Assembly (NCBI GenBank): GCA_016781725.1
Contig: JADDPU010000279.1
Location: forward strand, 10,236-50,667
Length of the DNA stretch: 40,432 bases
Reading direction: 5' to 3'
DNA from: Rubrobacter sp.
GTDB lineage: Bacteria; Actinomycetota; Rubrobacteria; Rubrobacterales; Rubrobacteraceae
Numbering within the stretch: position 1 is the stretch's first letter; each line of letters opens with the position of its first letter. This document shows positions 8,529-18,067 of this stretch, one piece after another. The position numbers were made by a program, and so were the translations under genes. A model generated the notes under the pieces. It saw nothing but the letters and a program-made list of their open reading frames with translations, searched no databases and had not been told where the DNA came from.

Positions 8529-9655
8529 GCTCTGATCTCCTTCTTCTCTGCTACGCCGAGTAGCCGCTCGGCAACCGCTCCTGCCGCCCCCGGGGTGGCC
8601 AGAGCGCCGATGCGTTCAGCGAGCCGCTCCCGTCGCGGGTCGTCGTTCAACAGCTCTTCGACGCGGCCCCGCAGGGCCACCGCGCCGACCTCGGAGTCCG
8701 CCATCAGCTCGGCGGCCCCCCTCTCGGTGAAGTAGCGGGCGTTGTGCGTCTGGTGGTCGCCCGTCGCGTGCGGGAAGGGGATGAGGATGGCCGCCCTCCC
8801 CGCCGCGGCGATGTCGAACAACGACCCGGCGCCGGCCCGGCTGACGACCACGCTCGCGGCGGCCAGGTAGCGCCAGATCTCGTCGACGTACTCGAGGATC
8901 ACGTGCCTCGGGTTCTCCGTCGAGAGCCGCGCGAAGTCGCGGCGCCCGGAGACCTGGATCACCGTATAAGAGGTCTGACCCCGGAACGCCTCCATCGCCG
9001 CGAGGTTTATCTTGAGCGCGCCGCCGCTCCCGCCGAAGATCAAGACCACCGGCGGCTCCACCCCAAGGGCCCGAATCGCCTCCTCGCGCGAGGCCCCGAA
9101 GGCCTCGGTTCTGGTCGGCATCCCTACCCACCGGGCCCGCCTCAAATGCCCCCCGGCCGCAGGAAACGTCACCAACGCCTCCTCCGTGAAGCGGCTCGCC
9201 AGCCGGTTGACCCTGCCCGGGACCGAGTTCTGCTCGTGCAAAAAGGTAGCCACCCCGAGCGTCCTCGCCGCAACCACGGCCGGCGCACTCGCATACCCCC
9301 CCACCCCCAGCACCGCCAGCGGCCGGAACCTCTGTATTATGCGTCTACAGGAGGCGATGGCGCGTAAGGAGAGGAGGCTTGCGCGGGCCTGGGCGAGGGG
9401 GTTTCCGGCGAGGCCTGTCAGGTTTAGGGGGTGGAGGGTGTAGCCGGCGCGGGGGACCAGGTCTCTCTCTATGCCGGTGAGGGATCCTATGAACTCGATA
9501 ACGGCCCCCCTTTCCTGCAGGTTATCCGCCACGCACAGGGCGGGGATGGCGTGCCCGCCCGTGCCGCCGCCGGCGATCAAGATCCGCGGTGGTGTTGGTG
9601 GCGACGTTCGCGGAGCCCCTGCTGGTGCGGGGTGTGATCTCTCTGGCTCTCTCAC
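8525..9655 (-). CDS. murG: undecaprenyl-PP-MurNAc-pentapeptide GlcNAc transferase
   Basis: AGGGTGGH, GGYAS, HEQN, GGS.GA, SRAGA, P.....DHQ..NA. Start is uncertain because it overlaps ftsW. Confidence 0.95.
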   Translation of the reverse strand: MREPERSHPAPAGAPRTSPPTPPRILIAGGGTGGHAIPALCVADNLQERGAVIEFIGSLTGIERDLVPRAGYTLHPLNLTGLAGNPLAQARASLLSLRAIASCRRIIQRFRPLAVLGVGGYASAPAVVAARTLGVATFLHEQNSVPGRVNRLASRFTEEALVTFPAAGGHLRRARWVGMPTRTEAFGASREEAIRALGVEPPVVLIFGGSGGALKINLAAMEAFRGQTSYTVIQVSGRRDFARLSTENPRHVILEYVDEIWRYLAAASVVVSRAGAGSLFDIAAAGRAAILIPFPHATGDHQTHNARYFTERGAAELMADSEVGAVALRGRVEELLNDDPRRERLAERIGALATPGAAGAVAERLLGVAEKKEIRA

Positions 9656-10700
9656 TGTCCTCCGATATCCGGTAGAGGATGCCCACGGCGGCGAAGCATA
9701 CCAGGAGGCTCGAACCGCCGTGGCTCACGAACGGCAGCGTCATCCCGGTCAGCGGCAGGACGACCATGGCCGCCCCCACGTTAAAGACTGCCTGCACCGT
9801 GAGCACGGTGGTCAGCCCGGCGGCCACGCAGCGGGCCATCACCGAGGGGGCGCCGAGCGCGATCTTGAGCCCCGCAAGCGCTATGAACCCGAAGGCGGCT
9901 ATAACCCCGACCATGCCGAGCAGGCCCAGCTCCTCCCCGATCAGCGCGAAGATCATGTCCGTACCGATCTGCGGGACGTAGGGGCCTTGCCCACCAGCCC
10001 CCGCCCCGGCCCCGAAGAGCCCCCCCGCCTTTATCGCGGTCATGGACTGGACCACCTGGTAGCCCGAACCGTCAGCGACGGCCCAGGGATCCAGGAACGT
10101 CAGGAAGCGCTCGCGCCTGTAGGGGGCGAGCAGCATCACCACGACGAGTGCTGCAAAGGTCCCGATCCCCGACAGCACCAGGTCCCTCGTCCTGACCTCG
10201 GAGGCCCAAAGCGCACCGGCAACGCCGGCAAGCAAGACGACCGAGGTGCCGAAGTCCGGCTCGACGAGGACGAGGACGAAGAGCGCCCCGACCATCAGCA
10301 ACGGTTTTGGGGGCAGCCCGCACCCGCGGGGCAGGCGGCCGAGCGCGCAGCTCAAGACCAGCACGGCTGCGATCTTGGCGAACTCCGCCGGCTGCAGGCT
10401 TACGGGACCAACCACGAACCACCTCCTCGCCCCGCCGATCTCGGTCCCGATCCCCGGAACCAAAACCAGTATTAGGCTAAGGAGCACTACCACGTACAGC
10501 GCCGGCGCGTACCGCCGCCACACCGTGTAACGGACCCTGCTTGCTGCCGCGAAGACCACAAGCCCGGCCGCGAGGTGGACGAGCCGTTGGATCAAGAACC
10601 CTGTCCCGTGATACCGGTAGGTGGCCGAGTAGATCATGACCAGCCCGAGCAACGAGAGCCCCAGAGCTACGAGAAAAAGGTAGGCTCGCAGGCTGCTCAT
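9522..10700 (-). CDS. ftsW: FtsW/RodA SEDS peptidoglycan polymerase
   Basis: Starts MSSLRAY at ATG 10700 (ATGA overlap with murD). Motifs GARRW, QPAEFAK, EPDFG, GYQ, TDMIFA.IGEELG, LPFVS.GGSS. Confidence 0.95.
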   Translation of the reverse strand: MSSLRAYLFLVALGLSLLGLVMIYSATYRYHGTGFLIQRLVHLAAGLVVFAAASRVRYTVWRRYAPALYVVVLLSLILVLVPGIGTEIGGARRWFVVGPVSLQPAEFAKIAAVLVLSCALGRLPRGCGLPPKPLLMVGALFVLVLVEPDFGTSVVLLAGVAGALWASEVRTRDLVLSGIGTFAALVVVMLLAPYRRERFLTFLDPWAVADGSGYQVVQSMTAIKAGGLFGAGAGAGGQGPYVPQIGTDMIFALIGEELGLLGMVGVIAAFGFIALAGLKIALGAPSVMARCVAAGLTTVLTVQAVFNVGAAMVVLPLTGMTLPFVSHGGSSLLVCFAAVGILYRISEDSERAREITPRTSRGSANVATNTTADLDRRRRHGRARHPRPVRGG

Positions 10701-12028
10701 CTTCCCACCGACCCCCGCCCGCAGGCGAGCCCCCGTACCAGCCGGCCGAACGCTTCGCCCCGCTCGGCGTACCCGTCGAACTGGTCGAAGCTCGCGCACC
10801 CGGGAGAGAGCAGGACAACGTCCCCCGGCCTGGCGCGCGACCCGGCCTGCGCCACGGCCTCCGAGAGATCCCTGGCCCGGTAGACGATCCCTCCCCACCC
10901 TTCTCTCTCGAGAGAGGCGGCGATGCGCGGTCCCGCCTCGCCCTGGCACACCACCGCCCGGCACCCGCCGAGCAGGGGAAGCAACTCGGAGAAATCCGTG
11001 TCCTTCTCGGAACCGCCTAGGATGAGTACCACCGGCGACTCGAAGCTGCCAAGGGCCGCCACGACGGCCGCGGGGTTAGTAGCCTTGGAGTCGTCGACGT
11101 ACGTCACGCCCTCGCGCTCGACAACTACCTGCATCCGGTGCGACTTGAGCCCGTAAGCGAGCAGCCCAGCAACGATGCCTTCGGGCGCGGCGCCGAGCCT
11201 CTCCGCCGCCGCCGCCGCGAAGAGCGCGTTCTCGTGGTTGTGTAAGCCGGCGAAGCGCAACTCCCCAGCGTCTAGCAGGTGGGTACCGCGAAGCAGCAGA
11301 CTGCCGTCACGGATGGCGGTCTCGCCCTCGCCCACGACGAGCACCTCTGCGGCGAGGTCGGCGGCGGCGTTGCGCCCGATCGGGTCCCTGGCGCTCACCA
11401 GCGCGAGGTCATCCTCCCGCTGATCCTCGAAGACGCGGAGCTTGTCGGCTGCGTACTCCTCGAAGGAGGCGTGCCAGTTCAGGTGGTCTGGCCGCACGTT
11501 GAGTAGCGCAGCTATCTCGAAGCCTGGATGCCTCATGTAGTGGAGCTGAAACGAGGAGACCTCCAGGATCAGGATGCCGGCCCGGCGGACCTCCTCGAGG
11601 CATCCGGTCAGGGCTCTCCAGGAGTTGCCGGCCACGGCGTTCGGCACCCCCGAGGCGTCAAGGACCGCCCGCAGCATATCAACGACGGTGGTCTTGCCGT
11701 TCGTCCCGGTCACGGCAGCAACGCGCACTCCCGGTCCGAGCAGTTCCAGGCCGAGCGCGACCTCGGAGACCACGAGGATTCCGCGCTCGTGGGCGGCCCG
11801 TAGTACGGGGTCCAGGGGAGGCACGCCGGGGCTCACCACTACCCGGTCCGTGCCGCTCAGGACCTCGGGACCCGCCGCAAGGTCACCCTCGACTCCCAGT
11901 TCTGCCAGGGTCTCGCGCAGACGTTCGCCGTCATTTGCATCCGCCGCGCGCACCTCCTCGCCGCGCTCGATGAGGGCTCTGGTGGCCGCCACGCCCGATT
12001 CGCCGAGCCCGTATACCAGGGTCCTCAC
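10697..12028 (-). CDS. murD: UDP-MurNAc-L-Ala--D-glutamate ligase
   Basis: GLG.SG, SPG, TGTNGKTT, LEVSSFQL, DHLNWH, DDSKATN, LLSPGCASFDQF. Confidence 0.97.
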   Translation of the reverse strand: MRTLVYGLGESGVAATRALIERGEEVRAADANDGERLRETLAELGVEGDLAAGPEVLSGTDRVVVSPGVPPLDPVLRAAHERGILVVSEVALGLELLGPGVRVAAVTGTNGKTTVVDMLRAVLDASGVPNAVAGNSWRALTGCLEEVRRAGILILEVSSFQLHYMRHPGFEIAALLNVRPDHLNWHASFEEYAADKLRVFEDQREDDLALVSARDPIGRNAAADLAAEVLVVGEGETAIRDGSLLLRGTHLLDAGELRFAGLHNHENALFAAAAAERLGAAPEGIVAGLLAYGLKSHRMQVVVEREGVTYVDDSKATNPAAVVAALGSFESPVVLILGGSEKDTDFSELLPLLGGCRAVVCQGEAGPRIAASLEREGWGGIVYRARDLSEAVAQAGSRARPGDVVLLSPGCASFDQFDGYAERGEAFGRLVRGLACGRGSVGR

Positions 12029-12032
12029 CGGT

Positions 12033-13028
12033 TCACCCTACCGCGTTGTAGAGGAAGATGTAGTACAGAAAGAACCCGAGGGCCGAGAACGCGGCCTGGG
12101 CGATCCAGAAGCGGACCACCACCTTGTTCTCCTCCCAGCCCACAAACTCGAAGTGGTGGTGGATCGGGGCCATCTTGAAGATCCGCCGTCCTGTGACCTT
12201 GAAGACGAGGACCTGGAGGATGACCGAGACCGCCTCGAGCACGAACAGGCCGCCGATCACGGGCAGGAGCAGCTCCGTCTTCGTGAGGACGGCGGCCGCG
12301 GCGAGGACGCCCCCGATCGCGAGCGAGCCCGTATCCCCCATGAAGATGTCGGCAGGGTGGGAGTTGTACCAGAGAAACCCGACGATGGCCCCGACCATCG
12401 CCCCGCAGATGAGCGCGACGTCGTACTGGCGCTCGAGGAAGGCTATCGCCGTGTAGACGACGAGGGCTATCGCCCCGGCCCCGGCCGCGAGCCCGTCTAG
12501 CCCATCCGTGAGGTTGACGGCGTTGGTGGTTCCGGCGATCACGAGCAGCAGGAACCCGGAGAAGAGCGCGACCCCCACGACCCCAGGCCCCAACACCAGG
12601 CTCAAATCGAAGTATGGTACGAGCACGGTCTGGGTGACGCCGACGTAGCGGACCGCGAGCACGTCTGCCAAAACCACAGCCAGGGTCAGCAGCAGGAACT
12701 TGTAGCGCGCGCTCAGGCCCTCGGGGCGCTTCTTGGAGATCTTCTGCCAGTCGTCGTAGAGCCCGATGCCCGCGACCACCGCTACCAGCAACAGGGTGGC
12801 TAGCGTCGCCGCGTTGAAACGGGCCACCACCACGAGGGCCCCAAGGAGCCCCATCAGCATCACTACCCCGCCCATCGTCGGGGTACCGGCCTTGATGAGG
12901 TGCGTCTGCGGCCCCTCCTCGCGCACGAACTGTCCGAACTTGCGCGATTGCAAGAACTCGATGAACGTCGACCCGAGCAACACGGTCACCATGAACGCTA
13001 CAGCAGCGGCGAGTACAACGCTAAACAA
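12033..13028 (-). CDS. mraY: phospho-MurNAc-pentapeptide transferase
   Basis: KAGTPTMGG, DD, NAVNLTDGLDGL, FMGDTGS, MAPIHHHFE. Confidence 0.97.
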   Translation of the reverse strand: MFSVVLAAAVAFMVTVLLGSTFIEFLQSRKFGQFVREEGPQTHLIKAGTPTMGGVVMLMGLLGALVVVARFNAATLATLLLVAVVAGIGLYDDWQKISKKRPEGLSARYKFLLLTLAVVLADVLAVRYVGVTQTVLVPYFDLSLVLGPGVVGVALFSGFLLLVIAGTTNAVNLTDGLDGLAAGAGAIALVVYTAIAFLERQYDVALICGAMVGAIVGFLWYNSHPADIFMGDTGSLAIGGVLAAAAVLTKTELLLPVIGGLFVLEAVSVILQVLVFKVTGRRIFKMAPIHHHFEFVGWEENKVVVRFWIAQAAFSALGFFLYYIFLYNAVG

Positions 13029-14403
13029 GAGCTAAACTCTCCCTCAACTTGCGGGTCAGAATGTCTAGCCCTACGCCCCTCGAACCTTTGACGATCAGGT
13101 AATCGCCAGGTCGCAGCTCTTCACGCATCCTCGACGCCGCGTCGGCGGCGTCTGGGTAGTAGAGGGTTCTGCCCGAGAACGTCTCGGCGTACCAGCGCGC
13201 CTCGTCCCCCACGCAGACCAGCACGCTCACGCCGAGCTCGTTGGCGAGCTCGCCGATCTCGCGGTGGTAGGCGCGGGCCGCCGGTCCCAGCTCGAGCATA
13301 CCTCCGAGCACGACGACCAGGCGCCGCCCTTGGCGCCTCGCGCTCTCAGCCGCGTAGCGCAGCACGGCGGCCATCGAGGACGGGGAGGCCGCGTTGTAGG
13401 AGTCGTCGTAGACGAGGACGTCGTCGCGCAGGCGGTAGACGTCCCCGCGCATCCCGGACCGCTTGAGACGCGCGACACCCCGCGCCGCCTCATCGAGGTC
13501 GAGGCCGAGCGTTACGGCCCCGCCGATCGCCGCAAGCAGGGGCTCGACCAGATGCGTGCCGAAGACCGGAGAGCGAACCTCCGCGGCTTGTCCTTCCAGG
13601 TGGGCCACAAAGCGCAAGCCCTCATCGTCTTCGGCGAAGTCCGAGGCCCAAAGATCAGAGCCCTCCCCGGCCCTGGCGGAGAAGACGAGGCGGCGTCCGA
13701 GCTGCCTACCCGGAGCGATAGCGGCCTCGGGGACCCCGGCGGGCGAGACGAACGAGCCGTCGCCGGGCAGAGAGGCGGCGAGCTCGCCCTTCGTGGCGGC
13801 GATCGCCTCGAGGCTGCCGAAGGATTCCAGGTGGGCCGGGGCTATGGCGGTCAGGATCCCTACCCTCGGGGGCGCGATGCCGCACAGGTGCTCGATGTCT
13901 CCGGCGTGGGTTGCCCCCATCTCCAGGACCAGGACCTCGGTGCGCGGGTCGGCCGCCAGGACCGTGAGGGGGAGGCCGATCTCGTTGTTGAAGTTCCCTG
14001 CGGTAGCCGAGACCCGCTTGCCGGCGTGGCGCAGTATGGTAGCCAGCGCGTCCTTGGTGGTGGTCTTGCCGACCGTACCCGTGATGCCGACCACTGTCGG
14101 GGAGGGAACGTCCTCGCGCAGGAGCGTCCAGCGCGCCAGCCGCTGCAGCGCCCCGAGAGGGTCTTCCACGACGAGGGTGGGTACGTCGAGCCGGCGGGTG
14201 GCCACGGTCGCGACCGCGCCCCGCAGGTGCGCCTCGGGGGCGAAATCCGTCCCTTCAGTCCGTCCGCGGAGCGCGAAAAAGAGCTCCCCCTCCCGCACGG
14301 TGCGCGAGTCGGTGCTCGCCCCCAGCACCGACCTCGTCCCTCGACCTTCGGGCGTATCGGCCCCCAGAGCCCGCGCCACCTCTTCGAGGGTAGCAGGCCT
14401 CAC
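13021..14403 (-). CDS. murF: UDP-MurNAc-tripeptide--D-Ala-D-Ala ligase
   Basis: TDSR, GITG.VGKTTTK, NFNNEIGLP, EMG, DSYNA, MLELG, VKGSRG. Confidence 0.95.
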   Translation of the reverse strand: MRPATLEEVARALGADTPEGRGTRSVLGASTDSRTVREGELFFALRGRTEGTDFAPEAHLRGAVATVATRRLDVPTLVVEDPLGALQRLARWTLLREDVPSPTVVGITGTVGKTTTKDALATILRHAGKRVSATAGNFNNEIGLPLTVLAADPRTEVLVLEMGATHAGDIEHLCGIAPPRVGILTAIAPAHLESFGSLEAIAATKGELAASLPGDGSFVSPAGVPEAAIAPGRQLGRRLVFSARAGEGSDLWASDFAEDDEGLRFVAHLEGQAAEVRSPVFGTHLVEPLLAAIGGAVTLGLDLDEAARGVARLKRSGMRGDVYRLRDDVLVYDDSYNAASPSSMAAVLRYAAESARRQGRRLVVVLGGMLELGPAARAYHREIGELANELGVSVLVCVGDEARWYAETFSGRTLYYPDAADAASRMREELRPGDYLIVKGSRGVGLDILTRKLRESLALV

Positions 14404-16247
14404 CGGGCCACCTCCGCCGAAGGTCCGCGGTCAGGGGGGACGTTGAAGTAGCCTAAAGTAAAGCTCATAACCTCGCGGAAGGCGGGGACGGCGACCAGCT
14501 CGCCCCAGTAGGAGGTCTCTGGCTCGTCGACGGCTATGAGGATCACGTACTCGGGGTCGGTGGCCGGGGCGAAGCCTATAAAGGAGGCCACGTACTCGTC
14601 GCCGTAGGTGCCTATCTCGGGATCCACTTTCTGGGAGGTCCCGGTCTTGCCGGCCACCGTGTAACCGGGTATTTGGGCAAGGTGGCCCGACCCTTCGTCG
14701 ACGACGCCCTGCAACATCCCGCGTACTATAGCCGAGGTCTTCTCGCTTATCACCCGGGGCCCTTGGGCCGCGGGGGCCGCCTGCTGCGTTACGTGAGGGG
14801 TGATCCTCCGTCCCCCGTTGACGAGGGCTGCGTAGCCTGAGACGAGCTGCAAGGGGGTGACAGTGAGCCCCTGTCCTATGGGAATGTTGCCGATGGAGAC
14901 CCCGCTCCAGTCCTCGTAGGCAGGAACTATTCCGAAATCCTCCCCCCACAGGTCGACGCCGGTGGCCTCACCGAAGCCGAAGTCGCGGATGTAGTCGTAA
15001 AGCTCGCTACCGCCGAGGGCCTGGGCTACCTGGATGGCCCCGACGTTGCTCGACTCCCTCAAGACGTCGGCGGGGGCCATCACCTTGGTGGGGTGCGGCC
15101 GGGAGTCGTGGATCACGTGGTCGGCCACGGCCATGTGGTCGGGCACGACGAAGGTGCTCGCGGGGGTGACGGCCCCCTCCTCCAGCGCCGCCGCCACCGT
15201 GAAGGCCTTGAAGGTCGACCCGGGCTCGTAGGGGTCGGTGAGAACCCGGTCGCGCTGGGCCTCTGCGGGTGCCTCGGCGAACCGGTTGTTGTCGTAGCCC
15301 GGCGTGTTGGCGAGGGCCACGACGGCCCCGTCGTCCGCGCGCATGACGAGGCCGACGGCGCTCTTGGCGCGGTGCTTCTCCACCGCCGCCGCAAGCGCTT
15401 TCTCGAGCTCCTGCTGCACCGCGCTGTCCAGGGTCAGGGTCACGTCCTGGCCGCTCTTGAGCTTTTTGTCGTAGCGGTCCTCTACGCCGCCGAACGCCTC
15501 TCCGTAGTCCCCCTGGTACCCGGTGAGCTGGCTAGCGAGGGAGCCGTCGGGATAGACCCTCACGGTGTCCTCGGCAGTCGAGATGCCGGCGATGCCGAGA
15601 TCCTCGACCCTCTGCGCGGTCTCCGGGGTAACGTCCACCGAGACCACGCTGTAACCCCCGGGTTGGCCGCTGGCGTCCTGCCTGGTGAGGGCCGCCCTAA
15701 GCTCCGCCTCGCCCTGACCGGTCTCGGGACCGAGCACCCCGGCAAGCTCCCTCGCGGCGGCCCGGGGGTCCTGGATCTGGTAGGGGGTAGCGATGATGCG
15801 GGCGGCCTCGAGGCTCGTCGCGAGCTTCCGGCCGTCGGCGCTGATGATGCTGCCGCGCAGCACCGGCTTCGGGGTCGAGACTATTTCCCCGACTTGCTCG
15901 GCGGCGAAGGCCTGGTATCTCTCGTCGTCGGTGAGGCTTATATGCACGGCCCGCCCGCCGAGGAGCAGTCCCGTCATCGCGAACACGGCTGCCACCATCC
16001 GTAGCCTCCTGTACCCGACGGTCCGGCTCTCGCCGCCCGTAGACGAGCCGCGAGGGCCTCCCGCGGTGCCGCCGGTGCGTCTCCCGGCAGGGAGGGGAAT
16101 GACCCGGGCACCGGCGACCCTACCGTCGCCGGCCCGGGTGCCAACGGGAGTCTTGGTACCGCGGGCGCCCTTTACCTTCCCGGCCCTGGGCCGGTCAACG
16201 CTGCCGCGGTTCTCGCCCCCTCTCTTCTCCCCAGCTCTGTGTCCCAT
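14400..16247 (-). CDS. ftsI: class B penicillin-binding protein (FtsI/PBP2b-type transpeptidase)
   Basis: TM anchor, RG.I...DG, and catalytic motifs EPGSTFK (SxxK), SSN (SxN) and KTGT. Located after ftsL. Confidence 0.92.
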   Translation of the reverse strand: MGHRAGEKRGGENRGSVDRPRAGKVKGARGTKTPVGTRAGDGRVAGARVIPLPAGRRTGGTAGGPRGSSTGGESRTVGYRRLRMVAAVFAMTGLLLGGRAVHISLTDDERYQAFAAEQVGEIVSTPKPVLRGSIISADGRKLATSLEAARIIATPYQIQDPRAAARELAGVLGPETGQGEAELRAALTRQDASGQPGGYSVVSVDVTPETAQRVEDLGIAGISTAEDTVRVYPDGSLASQLTGYQGDYGEAFGGVEDRYDKKLKSGQDVTLTLDSAVQQELEKALAAAVEKHRAKSAVGLVMRADDGAVVALANTPGYDNNRFAEAPAEAQRDRVLTDPYEPGSTFKAFTVAAALEEGAVTPASTFVVPDHMAVADHVIHDSRPHPTKVMAPADVLRESSNVGAIQVAQALGGSELYDYIRDFGFGEATGVDLWGEDFGIVPAYEDWSGVSIGNIPIGQGLTVTPLQLVSGYAALVNGGRRITPHVTQQAAPAAQGPRVISEKTSAIVRGMLQGVVDEGSGHLAQIPGYTVAGKTGTSQKVDPEIGTYGDEYVASFIGFAPATDPEYVILIAVDEPETSYWGELVAVPAFREVMSFTLGYFNVPPDRGPSAEVAR

Positions 16248-16617
16248 CCTCCCCTTCTCTCCCGTAGACTCTCAGGTCGCCGCTGCCGGGATCCCGCATC
16301 CCCAGCGTCTCCGCCGCGAGCGGTCGGATCCGCCCGGGCCTCGACAGTTCCGCGACCCGAACCTCGAGCCTCTGCCCTTCCGCCCTCACCCGGTCGAGGT
16401 CGTCTTCCAGTTCGGCGACCCTCCCGTCGAGGTCGGCGGCGACCGTGTGCAAGTAGACGCTCCCCAGCATCAACAGCACCGGCACCACCACTAGCACTGC
16501 AAAGCGACGCCTTCGCCCCACCGCGTCCAGCGGCCTCCGGTCCGGGGCCCGCTTGCGTACGGGCCGCGCGGGCTCCGTCGGGAGCGCGGCCCGGTACCTG
16601 CGGTTCGGCGCGGCCAT
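16195..16617 (-). CDS. ftsL: FtsL-like cell division protein
   Basis: Starts MAAPNRR at ATG 16617 (TGATG overlap with rsmH). Basic N-terminus, single TM helix, coiled coil, then L....RI..LA..LGM. Lies between rsmH and ftsI. Confidence 0.8.
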   Translation of the reverse strand: MAAPNRRYRAALPTEPARPVRKRAPDRRPLDAVGRRRRFAVLVVVPVLLMLGSVYLHTVAADLDGRVAELEDDLDRVRAEGQRLEVRVAELSRPGRIRPLAAETLGMRDPGSGDLRVYGREGEDGTQSWGEERGREPRQR

Positions 16618-17552
16618 CAGCCGCCGTCCTCGGGCGGCTCGGCGGTTTTTATCGCCGAGCGAAGCCGGGCCGAGGCGCTGCGCGGGTTCTCCTCCAGCTC
16701 CCGTTTGGAGGGTTTCTGGACGATACCCCGGCGAAAGACCGGACGCGCCCCGCACACGCAGACCGGAAGCTCCGGCGGACAGACGCAGCGCCCCTCCCGC
16801 CCCGAGATAAAGCGCTTTACGAGGCGATCCTCGCCAGAGTGGAACGTGATCGCCACGAGCCTCCCGCCCGGAGAGAGGAGGCGCTCCGACGCTTCGAGCG
16901 CACGCCCGAGCCCGCCCAGCTCGTCGTTGACGCGGACCCGCACTGCCTGGAAGACCCTCTTGGCCGGGTTCCCGCCCCTCTCCTTCCACCCGACCGCGGC
17001 GCGCACGGCGTCGTAGAGATCGGTAGTAACCCGCAGCGGCCTTCGCCGCACTACCTCGCGCGCGACGCGCCGGGCCTCCCCGCGCGGCACGTCCCCGTAC
17101 TCGGAGAGCACCAGGGCCAACTCGCCGGCGTCGACCGTGTTCAAGAACTCCGCCGCTGAGTAACCCGAGCTCGTGTCCATCCGCATATCCAGCGGACCCT
17201 CCCTGACATAGGAGAACCCGCGCCCGGGCTCGTCGATCTGAAAACTGGAGAGCCCCAGATCGAACAGGATGGCGTCCACGCGCCGCCCCTCATCGGCCAT
17301 CGCCCGCAAAACCAGGTCGTAGGCCCCGGAGACGAAGTCGAAGCGCGGGTCCCGCAAGAACTCCGACGTCCGCCCCGCAGCCTCGGGATCCCGGTCGACG
17401 GCCACGAGCCTGCCGCCGTCTCCGAGCTTCTCCAGTATGCCCCTTGCATGCCCCCCGCCCCCGAACGTGGCGTCGACTACCACATCCTCCGGTCCGAGGT
17501 CGAGGGCGGCCAGGGTCTCCTGCAACATGACGGGGAGGTGCTCGGTGGCCAT
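16617..17552 (-). CDS. rsmH: 16S rRNA m4C1402 methyltransferase
   Basis: Starts MATEHLPVML at ATG 17552. Motifs DATFGGGGH, DRD, DLGLSS.Q, RGFS, PLDMRMD, ITFHSGEDR, NPRSASA.LR. Confidence 0.96.
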   Translation of the reverse strand: MATEHLPVMLQETLAALDLGPEDVVVDATFGGGGHARGILEKLGDGGRLVAVDRDPEAAGRTSEFLRDPRFDFVSGAYDLVLRAMADEGRRVDAILFDLGLSSFQIDEPGRGFSYVREGPLDMRMDTSSGYSAAEFLNTVDAGELALVLSEYGDVPRGEARRVAREVVRRRPLRVTTDLYDAVRAAVGWKERGGNPAKRVFQAVRVRVNDELGGLGRALEASERLLSPGGRLVAITFHSGEDRLVKRFISGREGRCVCPPELPVCVCGARPVFRRGIVQKPSKRELEENPRSASARLRSAIKTAEPPEDGG

Positions 17553-17992
17553 CACCCGCCGAGATCCCTTCCGGCGAACTCCTCGACGATCTCCGAGAAC
17601 GAGTCGTCGGCGCCCGAGACGTAGCGGTCCCACTCCTCGGAGTCCCAGATCTCCAACCTGTCGTCCACCCCGGTCACCGTGACGTCGCGGCGCAGGTTCG
17701 CGTACCGGGCGAGCTTCGTCGGGATCAAAACCCTCCCCTGCCGGTCGAGCGTCGCCTCGAAGGCCATGGAGAAGAACATCCGCGAGAGCTGCCGGCCCCG
17801 CGCCGACAGGTCCGCGTTGGCCTTTATGTTGGCCTTGAACGCTGCCCACTCCTCGGGCGGAAAGGCGAACAGACACCGGTCCACCCCCTTGGTAACGATG
17901 ATCCCGCCTTCGAAGTAAGACCGGAGACGGGAGGGGAGGGTCAGACGCCCTTTCTCATCCAGGGTGTGCTCGTACTCGCCTAGAAGGGCCAG
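17552..17992 (-). CDS. mraZ: division/cell wall cluster transcriptional repressor MraZ (CTG start)
   Basis: The track ORF (GTG 17884) lacks the first MraZ repeat. Extending in frame gives CTG-ALLGEYEHTLDEKGRLTLPSRLR, preceded by SD GGGAGG 8 nt upstream and an in-frame TAG. The second repeat is LDRQGRVLIP. Length 146 aa. Confidence 0.93.
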   Translation of the reverse strand: MALLGEYEHTLDEKGRLTLPSRLRSYFEGGIIVTKGVDRCLFAFPPEEWAAFKANIKANADLSARGRQLSRMFFSMAFEATLDRQGRVLIPTKLARYANLRRDVTVTGVDDRLEIWDSEEWDRYVSGADDSFSEIVEEFAGRDLGG

Positions 17993-18003
17993 AGCCTCGT
18001 CCT

Positions 18004-18028
18004 CCCACTACGCTCCACTTCGACCCAC
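18004..18028 (-). promoter_or_regulatory. three MraZ-binding direct repeats
   Basis: The minus strand reads GTGGG-tcgaa-GTGGA-gcgta-GTGGG with exact 10-bp periodicity. This matches the known GTGG(G/A) MraZ operator array. The last repeat overlaps the mraZ SD. Confidence 0.85.
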
Positions 18029-18038
18029 AACTGGCGAA

Positions 18039-18067
18039 ATTCTTGCATATGCACGGAAAATTCGCAA
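18039..18067 (-). promoter_or_regulatory. candidate sigma-A promoter of the dcw operon
   Basis: TTGCGA-N17-AAGAAT with a TG extension, about 10 bp upstream of the MraZ boxes. The spacer contains the palindrome TGCATATGCA (18044-18053). Confidence 0.5.
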
